Source: Woeseiaceae bacterium (GTDB lineage Bacteria > Pseudomonadota > Gammaproteobacteria > Steroidobacterales > Woeseiaceae). Taken from it: DNA of 64,000 nt. Shown piece after piece: positions 8,536-17,295 of the stretch. Where the stretch lies: contig JAJFKP010000017.1 in NCBI GenBank assembly GCA_021773135.1, positions 50,520-114,519 on the forward strand, in the 5' to 3' direction. Positions within the stretch are counted from its first letter, which is position 1. Each line of letters opens with the position of its first letter. The notes under the pieces were generated by a model. That model had not been told where the DNA came from. It ran no database searches and worked only from the letters and a program-made list of their open reading frames with translations. The position numbers and the translations under genes were made by a program.

Positions 8536-9912
8536 ATGGCAGTCAGCTCAGGTCCGGTCTACGAAGTAACGCATAAGATCGATCGCGCGATTGTCGCGGA
8601 CTTCGACCTGTGGCTGCACGAGCACGCGGAAGAAATGCTCTCGGTGCAGGGCATTCATCGTGTGAATATCCATGTTGCCGGCGATACTGATGACGGCAGC
8701 GCCATGCGGGTCTCGCACTATCATTTTGACAATGACGAGCATCTCGCCACCTATCTTGACGGCCCTGCTGCGACGATGCGCCTGGAAGCCGACAGGCAGT
8801 TCGGCGAGCAATTTAGCGTCTCGCGTCGAGTGCTGCACCGTGCAGGCGAATTTCATGAAAATCTCAAACCGGAATCGAAGTGCCTGAATTGCGGCACGAC
8901 GCTTGCAGGTCAATACTGCGGTCACTGCGGTCAGCGAGCACAGAACCGGCTGATCAGCATCTGGGAGCTGATTAGGGACGCGTTCGGCGACCTGCTTGAG
9001 CTCGACTCAAGACTTTGGCGAACGCTCATTCCGCTCACTATCAGGCCAGGAAAGTTAACGCGCGATTATCTTGAAGGCCGGCGAGCACGTTACATGCCGC
9101 CCTTCAGGACCTACCTGGTTCTGAGTATCGTGTTTTTCCTCGTCGCATTTTTTGATCCAACCGAAGAGTTTGGAGTCTTTCTCAATACCGCAGAACCATC
9201 ACCCGCAGCAGAGCAAAACAACCCGTCGCCAACTCAGGAATTTCGCGACGGCGTTAATGATGGGCTGACTGCTGAGGGCGATTCGGATGAGGATGATTCA
9301 GAATTCGTAAGCCCCGAGTCAGCAACACCCGAGCAGGTTGCCGGAAGCGACCAGGGTGTCAGCATTCAGATTGATAGGGACGGCACAACGGCAAATCGTA
9401 ATTGTGACGACATAGATGCCGAAGACCTGCCCGAATGGATGTCGGCCTGGATGACCGCTGACCGCCTGCAAGCCATGTGTGAACGAGTTTTTGCAGATGA
9501 TGGCAAAGCGTTCGCGGGTAAATTGCTGGACAACGTGCCGGCTGCGCTGATTGCATTACTGCCGCTAATGGCATTTATTCTGAAAATTTTGTATCCGCTT
9601 TCGAAACGATATTACGTCGAGCACGTTTTGTTCGTCGTCCATTTCCACGCCTTCGTATTTCTGATCCTTACTTTGCAAATTTTATTTGCTCGACTGACCT
9701 CATTACTCACACTGTCCGGCACGTTGGCGACGATAACGTCCGTAGCAGTAACGCTTTACATCCCCGTCTACTTCTTCAGATCAATGCGGCGTGTCTATCA
9801 GCAACACTGGTTCGTCACGTTTCTGAAATTCGTGGTTCTGACACTGGCGTATACGATCGGCTTGCTCGTGATTCTGATGATTACGGCGGCACTGGCGGCT
9901 TTTACCATCTAA
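8536..9912 (+). CDS. DUF4286-like N-domain fused to a zinc-ribbon/DUF3667-type multi-pass membrane protein
   Basis: CLNCGTTLAGQYCGHCGQ followed by SIWELIRDAFGDLLELDSRLWRTLIPLTIRPGKLTRDYLEGRRARYMPPFRTYL (DUF3667 hallmark). Acidic linker, then C-terminal TM helices. Confidence 0.6.
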   Translation: MAVSSGPVYEVTHKIDRAIVADFDLWLHEHAEEMLSVQGIHRVNIHVAGDTDDGSAMRVSHYHFDNDEHLATYLDGPAATMRLEADRQFGEQFSVSRRVLHRAGEFHENLKPESKCLNCGTTLAGQYCGHCGQRAQNRLISIWELIRDAFGDLLELDSRLWRTLIPLTIRPGKLTRDYLEGRRARYMPPFRTYLVLSIVFFLVAFFDPTEEFGVFLNTAEPSPAAEQNNPSPTQEFRDGVNDGLTAEGDSDEDDSEFVSPESATPEQVAGSDQGVSIQIDRDGTTANRNCDDIDAEDLPEWMSAWMTADRLQAMCERVFADDGKAFAGKLLDNVPAALIALLPLMAFILKILYPLSKRYYVEHVLFVVHFHAFVFLILTLQILFARLTSLLTLSGTLATITSVAVTLYIPVYFFRSMRRVYQQHWFVTFLKFVVLTLAYTIGLLVILMITAALAAFTI

Positions 9913-10034
9913 GCTTGCTACGCTCTGCAGGCCACAACATGGTGGAATTGCCTTGAGCGCAGGATCGAACACCACTAGAATTTCAGGGCTACGTCCGTCG
10001 CAGGATAAAATGAGACCCTCACAATCAGTCGACC

Positions 10035-11507
10035 ATGGATAAAAAAAGCATAGGAATCAGTGGTTTGGCTGCTTACACGCCTCCGTTTCGAGTCTGGCTC
10101 GAGGACTGGTGTGACTGGACTGGCAACCAATGGCCAAAGATTCGCGAGGTTGTTGGTCGTAGTTTCCGGGTCCGGGGACGGAATCAGAGCGTATATACGA
10201 TGGCGGCGACGGCCGTCATACGACTGATCGATCAATACGACATTGACCCTGCCCGCGTAAAATTTCTCGGGCTTGGCACCGAATCGAGCACCGATAATTC
10301 AGCTGGTGCGATTATTGTAAAAGGAATGGTCGACCAGGCACTGGTTGCTAAGGGCAAACAGCCGATTGCTCGCAGCTGTGAAGTTCCCGAGTTCAAGCAC
10401 GCCTGTCTCGGCGGTGTCTATGGCATGAAAAACGCGATCCGGCACCTGGCGCTCGATGGCGCTGGCGGTCAGGCTATTGTTGTCTGTGCTGACATTGCAG
10501 AATATGCCCGCGGATCGAGCGGTGAACCCACCCAGGGTGCCGGCGCCGTTGCGATGCTGCTGGAAGAGAATCCCAAACTCGTGGAAGTAGACCTGGTGCA
10601 ATCTGGCTCGGCGTCTGACTACCGCATTATGGACTTCCGCAAACCAATGATGCGATTTTGCGGGCAGGACCGGAGCGAGGGCCACCAGGTTCAGGACTTT
10701 CCCGTTTTTAACGGTAAATACTCGACCACGTGTTACATCGACGAAACCATACATGCATTGAATGACATGTATGAAAAGCGGGGATTGAAAGCTTCCGAAT
10801 ACCTGCGCTCGCTAAAAACTGTATTCATGCATCGACCGTATCGGCGCATGCCGGAAACCGGATGGGCAGTCGCCTACCTGTTTGCACTGGGAAACGGGTC
10901 TCCTGAAGATCGCGCCGAGTTGGCATCGTTCTGCTATGAAGCAGGTGTCGAGCCGGAGGCGTTGTTGGCGGAAATGAGCAGCAAACCTGAAATTGCGTTG
11001 CTCGCCGATCCCGAACGGCTTAACTACGAAGCGTACCCGCTCACCATGGCGGTATTCCGGATATTTCGAGCATCACGCCGCTATCGTCGCGAAATCCTCG
11101 ACAAGCTGGCGCTGGGCAGCGACACAATGCTGGATCTCGGCAACCTGTATACAGCCGCTTTGCCGGCGTGGATCGCAGCAGGGTTTGAACAGGCGGCAGA
11201 CGAAAATCTCGATATGGCAGGTGAAGAACTTCTGACCCTGGGGTATGGCAGCGGAGATGCCGCCGAGGTCATTCCTTTCATTGTCGCCGATAGCTGGCGC
11301 GAGGCAACCGCGGCTATCAGGTTCGGCCAGTCCATGGAATTTGCGGTCGATATCAATGAGGCGCAGTACGATGCGCTGCATGGTGGCAGGCGCCCGCCCA
11401 ATCTCGACTACCTGCCAAGTAACGAGTTCGTCATAGACAAGGTAGGCCGCACTGACGAACGCCAGTTCCAGGACCTCGGAATCGAGTACTACAAATACGT
11501 CAGCTAG
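10035..11507 (+). CDS. mvaS: Hydroxymethylglutaryl-CoA synthase
   Basis: GLGTESSTDNS (catalytic Glu), KHACLGGVYG (catalytic Cys), FMHRPY (His) and GNLYTAALP motifs of HMGS. 490 aa. Confidence 0.85.
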   Translation: MDKKSIGISGLAAYTPPFRVWLEDWCDWTGNQWPKIREVVGRSFRVRGRNQSVYTMAATAVIRLIDQYDIDPARVKFLGLGTESSTDNSAGAIIVKGMVDQALVAKGKQPIARSCEVPEFKHACLGGVYGMKNAIRHLALDGAGGQAIVVCADIAEYARGSSGEPTQGAGAVAMLLEENPKLVEVDLVQSGSASDYRIMDFRKPMMRFCGQDRSEGHQVQDFPVFNGKYSTTCYIDETIHALNDMYEKRGLKASEYLRSLKTVFMHRPYRRMPETGWAVAYLFALGNGSPEDRAELASFCYEAGVEPEALLAEMSSKPEIALLADPERLNYEAYPLTMAVFRIFRASRRYRREILDKLALGSDTMLDLGNLYTAALPAWIAAGFEQAADENLDMAGEELLTLGYGSGDAAEVIPFIVADSWREATAAIRFGQSMEFAVDINEAQYDALHGGRRPPNLDYLPSNEFVIDKVGRTDERQFQDLGIEYYKYVS

Positions 11508-11615
11508 ACCCTAGGCAGAGTCTCGACGGTCTGCAGAATCCACCGAGCGATGCCACATCACGCCGGCACTTGTGGATGATCCCTCGCTATTCCCTGTTGG
11601 CAAAACCGCCCTCGT

Positions 11616-11639
11616 GGAATGTACATATTCTGACATTCC
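11616..11639. promoter_or_regulatory. Inverted repeat GGAATGT-N10-ACATTCC upstream of the cytochrome gene
   Basis: Read directly. It ends 60 nt upstream of ATG 11699. The binding factor is unknown. Confidence 0.3.
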
Positions 11640-11698
11640 GGTGCGCTTGCTATCGTCTCTACTCCCGTGCGCGTTTTGGCAATTTTCGGAGAAACGAT

Positions 11699-12232
11699 AT
11701 GACTGGCAGAGAAAGGAGCGTGGTTGGAACGGCGATCGTTATGGCGATGCTCTCAATGGGGCTTTACGGCGTGAGTTTCGCGGCCGAGCCTACCAGGACC
11801 GAGCGCGAGTTTATTGAAATGCAAACGAGTATCAATGCGACGATGGTCGCCGTTGTTGACTGGGCCGCACATGAAATCTGGGAAGCTGGCTATGCAGAGA
11901 CGATGACCGGCCGCAATTGGCTAACGACCAAGCAATTTGCCATTCAGCTACTGGCATCCGGCACTCTGGTATCACTCGGCGGCAACGGCAAGGCGGATAT
12001 GGGTTGGGCTAATAACGCCGAATGGCAAACATGGTCAGCCAAAATGATCCAGGAAACCGAACGAGCACTGGTTGCCATCGACGCAAAGGACCAGGCTGCG
12101 CTGAAAGAATCCGGGGAAAGGCTGGTCGACACCTGTGAGGGCTGCCACGACGCCTTCAAACCGGACATTCCCACAGAAGGAATACTGCACGTTCCTCATC
12201 ATGAGTACGGAGAGCCGCTCATCACTGAGTAG
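11699..12232 (+). CDS. Class II cytochrome c (cytochrome c'/c556-like), exported
   Basis: GGAGA RBS 7 nt before the ATG, signal-like N-terminus (AIVMAMLSMGLYGVSFAAEP) and a single C-terminal CEGCH heme site, as in four-helix-bundle class II cytochromes. Confidence 0.7.
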   Translation: MTGRERSVVGTAIVMAMLSMGLYGVSFAAEPTRTEREFIEMQTSINATMVAVVDWAAHEIWEAGYAETMTGRNWLTTKQFAIQLLASGTLVSLGGNGKADMGWANNAEWQTWSAKMIQETERALVAIDAKDQAALKESGERLVDTCEGCHDAFKPDIPTEGILHVPHHEYGEPLITE

Positions 12233-12604
12233 GCATAGCGAAATGCTTGCAAGACCGATGCAGGCCCTGCCAATTCCTCCACTGCCGGTCAGGTTGACCA
12301 GTCTGCACCTGCAGGCCGTATCCAGCTCCTCTATTGGCGGTCAGCGTTGTCAGCCATGACCGGCGGGCCGCGGTTTTCAGCGGACTTGTAAGCGCGAGCC
12401 ACAAGCGGCTTTGTTGTAGCCTATTTGGACGAAATGCGCCTGCATTTAACGATTTACCCCCTGGTTGTCCATAACCAACATCCAGTAGTGGCTATAGATA
12501 TCTGAAAATAATTCAGTTTCCGGTTTTTGCCGCACCCAGGCTTCCGAGTCCCGCTCGATTTCGATTTTTTTGCAGTAGAATGGCCGCTCGCAACGGGGAT
12601 ATCG

Positions 12605-14383
12605 ATGCACGTACAAGAAAACAGCAAGGCCGGTTTGTCACAAACGGCACCACTTCCTAAAAGAGGCGACCCGGCTTTTACAGCAGAACCGGTTGCAATG
12701 ACCTCTCACTCGCTTGCGCCAGTTTCGCGGGACGCGGGAGCGCACCTGATTGGTGACATCGTCGGCAATCGTTATGTACTGCAGACGCGGGTCGGTCCCG
12801 GCCGTCTGGGCGTCGTTTACGAGGCGACGGATCAACAGCTAATGCAGGCAAGCCGCAGCGATTACCGCGTCACCATAGAATTGTTTTGTTTGCCGAGCGA
12901 ACAAGCTCACCTGCGGACACGTTTCGCCAGCGAGTTTGTGGACCTGCTCTCTTTATCTCATCCCAATATCGTAAGAATTTTAGATTTTGGAATCGATGGC
13001 GAAACGATCTTTTTTACCACCGAGTTGATGGAAGGTACTTCGCTTAACTCGATGCTCGACGCTGACTCGACCGATTCGTTTTCAGACAAAGAGATTCTGG
13101 CGGTACTTCGTAACGTTTCAGACGCGCTGCAATATGCGCACGCCAAAGGTTTCATTCACGGCGGAATCAGTTCGGATTCAATATTTATAACGACTGACTA
13201 TGAAGTAAAGATTTCGGACCTTGCCATTGAGGTATTGAAACGGACTCTCGGCAATCCTGACGACCAACTCGCGGCCAGTTCGCAACAGGCGCTCAAACCG
13301 ACTGCAGATGTGTTCGGAATCGCGGCGGTTGCTTACGAACTTCTGGCAAGCGTTGCACCTTATGAAGGACTGCCCCGCGGCCACGCGCGCAAGCGCGGAT
13401 TGCGGCTGCGACGAATTAAAGGCATTGCGCGTCACCGGTGGAAGGCACTCGTAAGCGCCCTTCAACTCCGGCCGGTCGATCGGACGCAGACGGTATCGCA
13501 ATTCGCCACAGACTTCGGTATTACCGGAACGGAATCTCTGCAGACCATTGAAGCAGGTGAAAAAGCGAAAGAGCGACGCTTGTTCTTGCCGGCTTTGCTG
13601 CTGGTTACCGTTGCGGCAGCGGTTTCGTTGGCGCAATTCGGTGTTTGGAATCCCGCCGAAGTTCTGTCAGACGTTCGAGAGCGGATTAGCGCCGGTGTAC
13701 CAACAGCCGTTACCGATAATGAACTTGTTGCGGAAACAATTACCGCAGAAGACCTTGCTGCAGGCGACGCTGTCATCGTCGACAACCAGCTCGACGAGGT
13801 CCTGCTGCAAACGACGCCCGATCCGTCAAGTGAGCCAGCAGGCGCCGAATCCGGCCCGGTTGAGGTCCCAATGGCTGATGCCGCCGTGCCTGCCGATCCA
13901 GGCTTTGTGGCGCAGGAGCCTGCGGCCCTCAATGAAACCCCGCTTCGGGAGGCGGCAAGCAGCGTCAGCGAACTCGCTGTCGCTGATACGACCGGAACGA
14001 TCGCGGTAGTGGCTGAAGCGCCGATTGCCGCACCGATAGCTGTGCCTCCCGCAATTGCTTTTGCCGAGGAAGCCGTGGTCGTGCGCGAAGGCCAGGATAT
14101 GGCCTCAGTTGTTCTGCAGCGTGTTGGCGACGCCGAGACCGAAATGCCGATATTTTGGTGGACCGGTGACAACACTGCGATCGCTGATCTCGACTATGCA
14201 GATCTTGGCGTTCGATCCGAGACTTTCGCGGCAGGCGTTGAATTCATTTCACTGTACGTGCCGTTAATTTCGGATTCGCGGGCCGAACAAAGAGAATCAT
14301 TCTATGTCTTTGTGGCGTCAGATCTCGAGCCAGAAACTGTTAGTGACCGCATTGAAGTTATCGTCAACGACGACGATCGATGA
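12605..14383 (+). CDS. Membrane-anchored Ser/Thr protein kinase-like protein (predicted pseudokinase) with C-terminal Calx-beta domain
   Basis: Kinase fold motifs GPGRLGVVY, SHPNIVRILDF and DVFGIAAVAYELL, but VTIE replaces VAIK and HGGISSDS replaces HRDLKPxN. One TM (LFLPALLLVTVAAAVSLAQFGVW), an Ala/Pro/Glu linker, and a Calx-beta-like end (EGQDMASVVLQRVGDAETEMPIFWWTGDNTAIADLDYAD...ESFYVFV). The start is uncertain; the ORF is open from 12527. Confidence 0.7.
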   Translation: MHVQENSKAGLSQTAPLPKRGDPAFTAEPVAMTSHSLAPVSRDAGAHLIGDIVGNRYVLQTRVGPGRLGVVYEATDQQLMQASRSDYRVTIELFCLPSEQAHLRTRFASEFVDLLSLSHPNIVRILDFGIDGETIFFTTELMEGTSLNSMLDADSTDSFSDKEILAVLRNVSDALQYAHAKGFIHGGISSDSIFITTDYEVKISDLAIEVLKRTLGNPDDQLAASSQQALKPTADVFGIAAVAYELLASVAPYEGLPRGHARKRGLRLRRIKGIARHRWKALVSALQLRPVDRTQTVSQFATDFGITGTESLQTIEAGEKAKERRLFLPALLLVTVAAAVSLAQFGVWNPAEVLSDVRERISAGVPTAVTDNELVAETITAEDLAAGDAVIVDNQLDEVLLQTTPDPSSEPAGAESGPVEVPMADAAVPADPGFVAQEPAALNETPLREAASSVSELAVADTTGTIAVVAEAPIAAPIAVPPAIAFAEEAVVVREGQDMASVVLQRVGDAETEMPIFWWTGDNTAIADLDYADLGVRSETFAAGVEFISLYVPLISDSRAEQRESFYVFVASDLEPETVSDRIEVIVNDDDR

Positions 14384-14483
14384 AGCGGCGCTTTTTGCCA
14401 CTTTAATCCAATCCTCCCGCGACGGAGAAACGTGCCTCAGCGACCGGTGAGGATTGATCTTTAGTCCACGGCTGAAAAGCAAC

Positions 14484-15062
14484 TCAGACTGGGCTCGTAT
14501 ACCGGGCCAAAGTATCCGAAAACTCGGAGTTTAATCGTTCCCATTCCAGCTTAAACCAAGGCGTAAAAACATCAGGCGTCTCCGCTAACTCCCGATCAAG
14601 CTCCCTCGCACTCAAGTATCTCAACGCCTCGATCTCTGTTTCGTTTGCCTGCGGGTCTTCCGCCAGCGACCCAAGGAACACGTGACAAAATTCGTTTTCC
14701 GCACCCAGCGCACCGAAAGTTGCCTGATAGGTAAAGCGATAGACGAACTCCAGATCAGCTTGCGTTTGTAGTTCATCACTGAGGCGACGGCTTGTGGCTA
14801 CCTCGATTGATTCACCCTGTCGGGGATGACTGCAACAGCTGTTGGACCAGAAACCCGGCCACAGTCTTTTTCCCTGTGCGCGTTGCTGTAGCAGAAGTTC
14901 ACCGCTGCGGTTGAACAAAAAAACCGAAAACGCACGATGCAAAACGCCATCGCCATCGTGGCACGCTGCTTTGCTCATCGTTCCTGACTGGTTGTCATTC
15001 TCGTCGACGAGAATAAGAAGCTCGTCTTCCGAAGATACAATTTTTGCTGATTCCTGTGACAC
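14484..15062 (-). CDS. idi: Isopentenyl-diphosphate delta-isomerase, type 1 (Nudix)
   Basis: HRAFSVFLFN, LLLQQRAQGKRLWPGFWSNSCCSHP, ENEFCHVF. Starts 10 nt after the upstream gene. Confidence 0.9.
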   Translation of the reverse strand: MSQESAKIVSSEDELLILVDENDNQSGTMSKAACHDGDGVLHRAFSVFLFNRSGELLLQQRAQGKRLWPGFWSNSCCSHPRQGESIEVATSRRLSDELQTQADLEFVYRFTYQATFGALGAENEFCHVFLGSLAEDPQANETEIEALRYLSARELDRELAETPDVFTPWFKLEWERLNSEFSDTLARYTSPV

Positions 15063-15072
15063 CTGGTTCCCG

Positions 15073-17295
15073 TTAAATCCGAATTTGAATTATTGTGTAT
15101 CCCGCGTTGACCAAAGCGCAAGACACAGCATCCGTTTTCCCCGGGCAGAGCGCTATGATCGACCCGCCACCGCCGGCGCCTGTCAGTTTTGCGCCAACTG
15201 CCCCGGCAGAGCGCGCGATGCCTGTCATTTGTTCGAGATCCGGAGACGAGACGCCGATTGCACTCAGTAAACCGTGACACACGTTCATCAACTCACCCAG
15301 CCGCCCGTAGTCTGACGCCTCGAGTGCTTCGACACCAGCCAACGCGACTTCATCAATGCTATTGAATATGCCCGTATACAGCGCCTTGTTATTTTCGTAT
15401 CGTCCGCGGACGCCGCTGACCAAAGACTTCGTATTTCCTCGGGTATGACTTGCGGCAACGACCAAAGGTAACGGCTCATCGAGATGTACGACGGTCGGAC
15501 CCGAAGCGTTACCCTTGCGGAACAGAATCGGTTTGGCGAATGTCGCGACATGATTGTCGATGCCTGATGGCGTTCCGTGGGTTATGGTCTCGCACTTCAG
15601 CGCCAGTTCGTTCACGTCGGCGTTTGTCAGGGACATTTTGATGAACTTTGCCGCAGCGCGTATCACAGCAACCGCAAAAGCCGCTGATGAGCCGAGACCC
15701 ATGCCCAGCGGAATACGGGCATTGACCGTTAGGTCGATGTCACGCGTGGTGCAGCCCAATTCTCTGAGAATCAGGTCGACGATGGCTGCTGCGCCGTCCA
15801 GACCAGTACTCCCTGCGCTCCATTGCTGCTGGATTCCCCAATCTGCGATAGCCAGTCGCACCCCATGCTGACCCTCCTCAATGTCGGCAGCCACAGCCCG
15901 ATCGATGGGTATCGCAAGCGCATGTCGGTCGTGAACGACCGCGTGCTCTCCAAACAAAATTACTTTGCCTGCCGCGGCATCGTCACGATCGCGTAGCAAC
16001 TGAGGCACGGTGCTGCTGGCATGAACGACTTTGAGTTCCTTGGCCTTGCGGATCTTTATTTCACCTGACTCAATCATTGCATCGACGACATCGGTGAAAA
16101 TTTCGTCAGGTATACCTGCTGATGCCGCAACACTGCGGGCGTGTAATCGCATATGGCCTTTTTGAATGCCGCTGGATACAAGCGCTTTGAGTGCCGCAAA
16201 GTTTTGCGCCAGACCGACCGCACCCATCAGTTCGGCAAGCTCGGTTGAACTCGTTACCCCGCTGATCGCTAGCCCAAGCGAGGCGCCAGGATTTGATTGC
16301 AGTGACCCGCCGACAATGCCGGGCTTCAGCGGCAGCTTAAGCTCACCGCACAGATCACCAGCGTCTCCGACAAACCAGTCAGTCAGCGCTCGATAGCGGC
16401 CTTTTGTTGCCGCATACGCATGCGCGCCGGCCTCGATAGCCCGCCAGTCGTTCCCTGTAGCAATCGCCACGGCGTCGATGCCATTCATAATGCCTTTATT
16501 GTGTGTCGCCGCCCGATACGGGTCCGCAAGCGCGAACCGGTTGGCCCTGACGATCCCGTCGCGAATTGCCAGAGCAGTATCGGCATTGGCATCCAGCGCG
16601 GAAAGCGGGACATTCCCGCGGGCGATGACCAGTGACGCATCGGCAAGGTTTGAGAGGATACGCAGCCCGACTCGGCCGCCGGCGACGCGCTCGATCTCGG
16701 GGCCCAGGGCCTCACAAAGTGTATTGACAACGTTCGCGCCCATCGCGTCGCGCGTATCGACATGCAAATGCACCACGACGATTGGCTCACCACCTTCCAG
16801 TTCGTGCTGTAAAAACTCGATGCCCCTGACGCCACCACCTCGCGCAACCAGGCTTGGCTGGAGTTTGTTCGCGAACTCGATAAGCGCTGACTTTGCTGTC
16901 TCCAGGCGCTGGATATATTGATCCGGAGCGGCCACATCCGACACCTGTATTTGTCCGATCAGCACGGGCTCACTGCCGGTGACAGTGAATCCACCGCTGT
17001 CGCGAAACAGCTTTGCGGCACCGCTCACGCCGGCCACAATCGATGGCTCCTCTACCACCATTGGTACAAGATAGTCCTGTCCGTTCACCAGGAAGTTGGG
17101 TGCAACGCCCAAGGGCAATCCAAATACGCCGACTACGTTCTCGATCATGTGGTCAGCGTTTCTTACCGGCAGCAAAGGCTGTCCGCCAGACAGCATCGCC
17201 GACATTTTCGAGTCAAGGTAACCGCGTTCCCGCAGTACCTCTATGCGCTCGCTAATCGATTTGCGATACAGCCCACTGATTCGCGAGTCGCTCAT
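15073..17295 (-). CDS. Bifunctional class II HMG-CoA reductase (aa 1 to about 423) / mevalonate kinase (aa about 442 to 740)
   Basis: HMGR motifs EEPSIVAG, DAMGANVVN, GIVGGS, GHMRLHARS. A linker (ASSTVPQLLRDRDDAA) is followed by GHMP-kinase motifs GKVILFGEHAVVH, PLGMGLGSSAAFAVA, TPSGIDN, KLTGAGGGGS, all in one uninterrupted frame. Confidence 0.85.
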   Translation of the reverse strand: MSDSRISGLYRKSISERIEVLRERGYLDSKMSAMLSGGQPLLPVRNADHMIENVVGVFGLPLGVAPNFLVNGQDYLVPMVVEEPSIVAGVSGAAKLFRDSGGFTVTGSEPVLIGQIQVSDVAAPDQYIQRLETAKSALIEFANKLQPSLVARGGGVRGIEFLQHELEGGEPIVVVHLHVDTRDAMGANVVNTLCEALGPEIERVAGGRVGLRILSNLADASLVIARGNVPLSALDANADTALAIRDGIVRANRFALADPYRAATHNKGIMNGIDAVAIATGNDWRAIEAGAHAYAATKGRYRALTDWFVGDAGDLCGELKLPLKPGIVGGSLQSNPGASLGLAISGVTSSTELAELMGAVGLAQNFAALKALVSSGIQKGHMRLHARSVAASAGIPDEIFTDVVDAMIESGEIKIRKAKELKVVHASSTVPQLLRDRDDAAAGKVILFGEHAVVHDRHALAIPIDRAVAADIEEGQHGVRLAIADWGIQQQWSAGSTGLDGAAAIVDLILRELGCTTRDIDLTVNARIPLGMGLGSSAAFAVAVIRAAAKFIKMSLTNADVNELALKCETITHGTPSGIDNHVATFAKPILFRKGNASGPTVVHLDEPLPLVVAASHTRGNTKSLVSGVRGRYENNKALYTGIFNSIDEVALAGVEALEASDYGRLGELMNVCHGLLSAIGVSSPDLEQMTGIARSAGAVGAKLTGAGGGGSIIALCPGKTDAVSCALVNAGYTIIQIRI

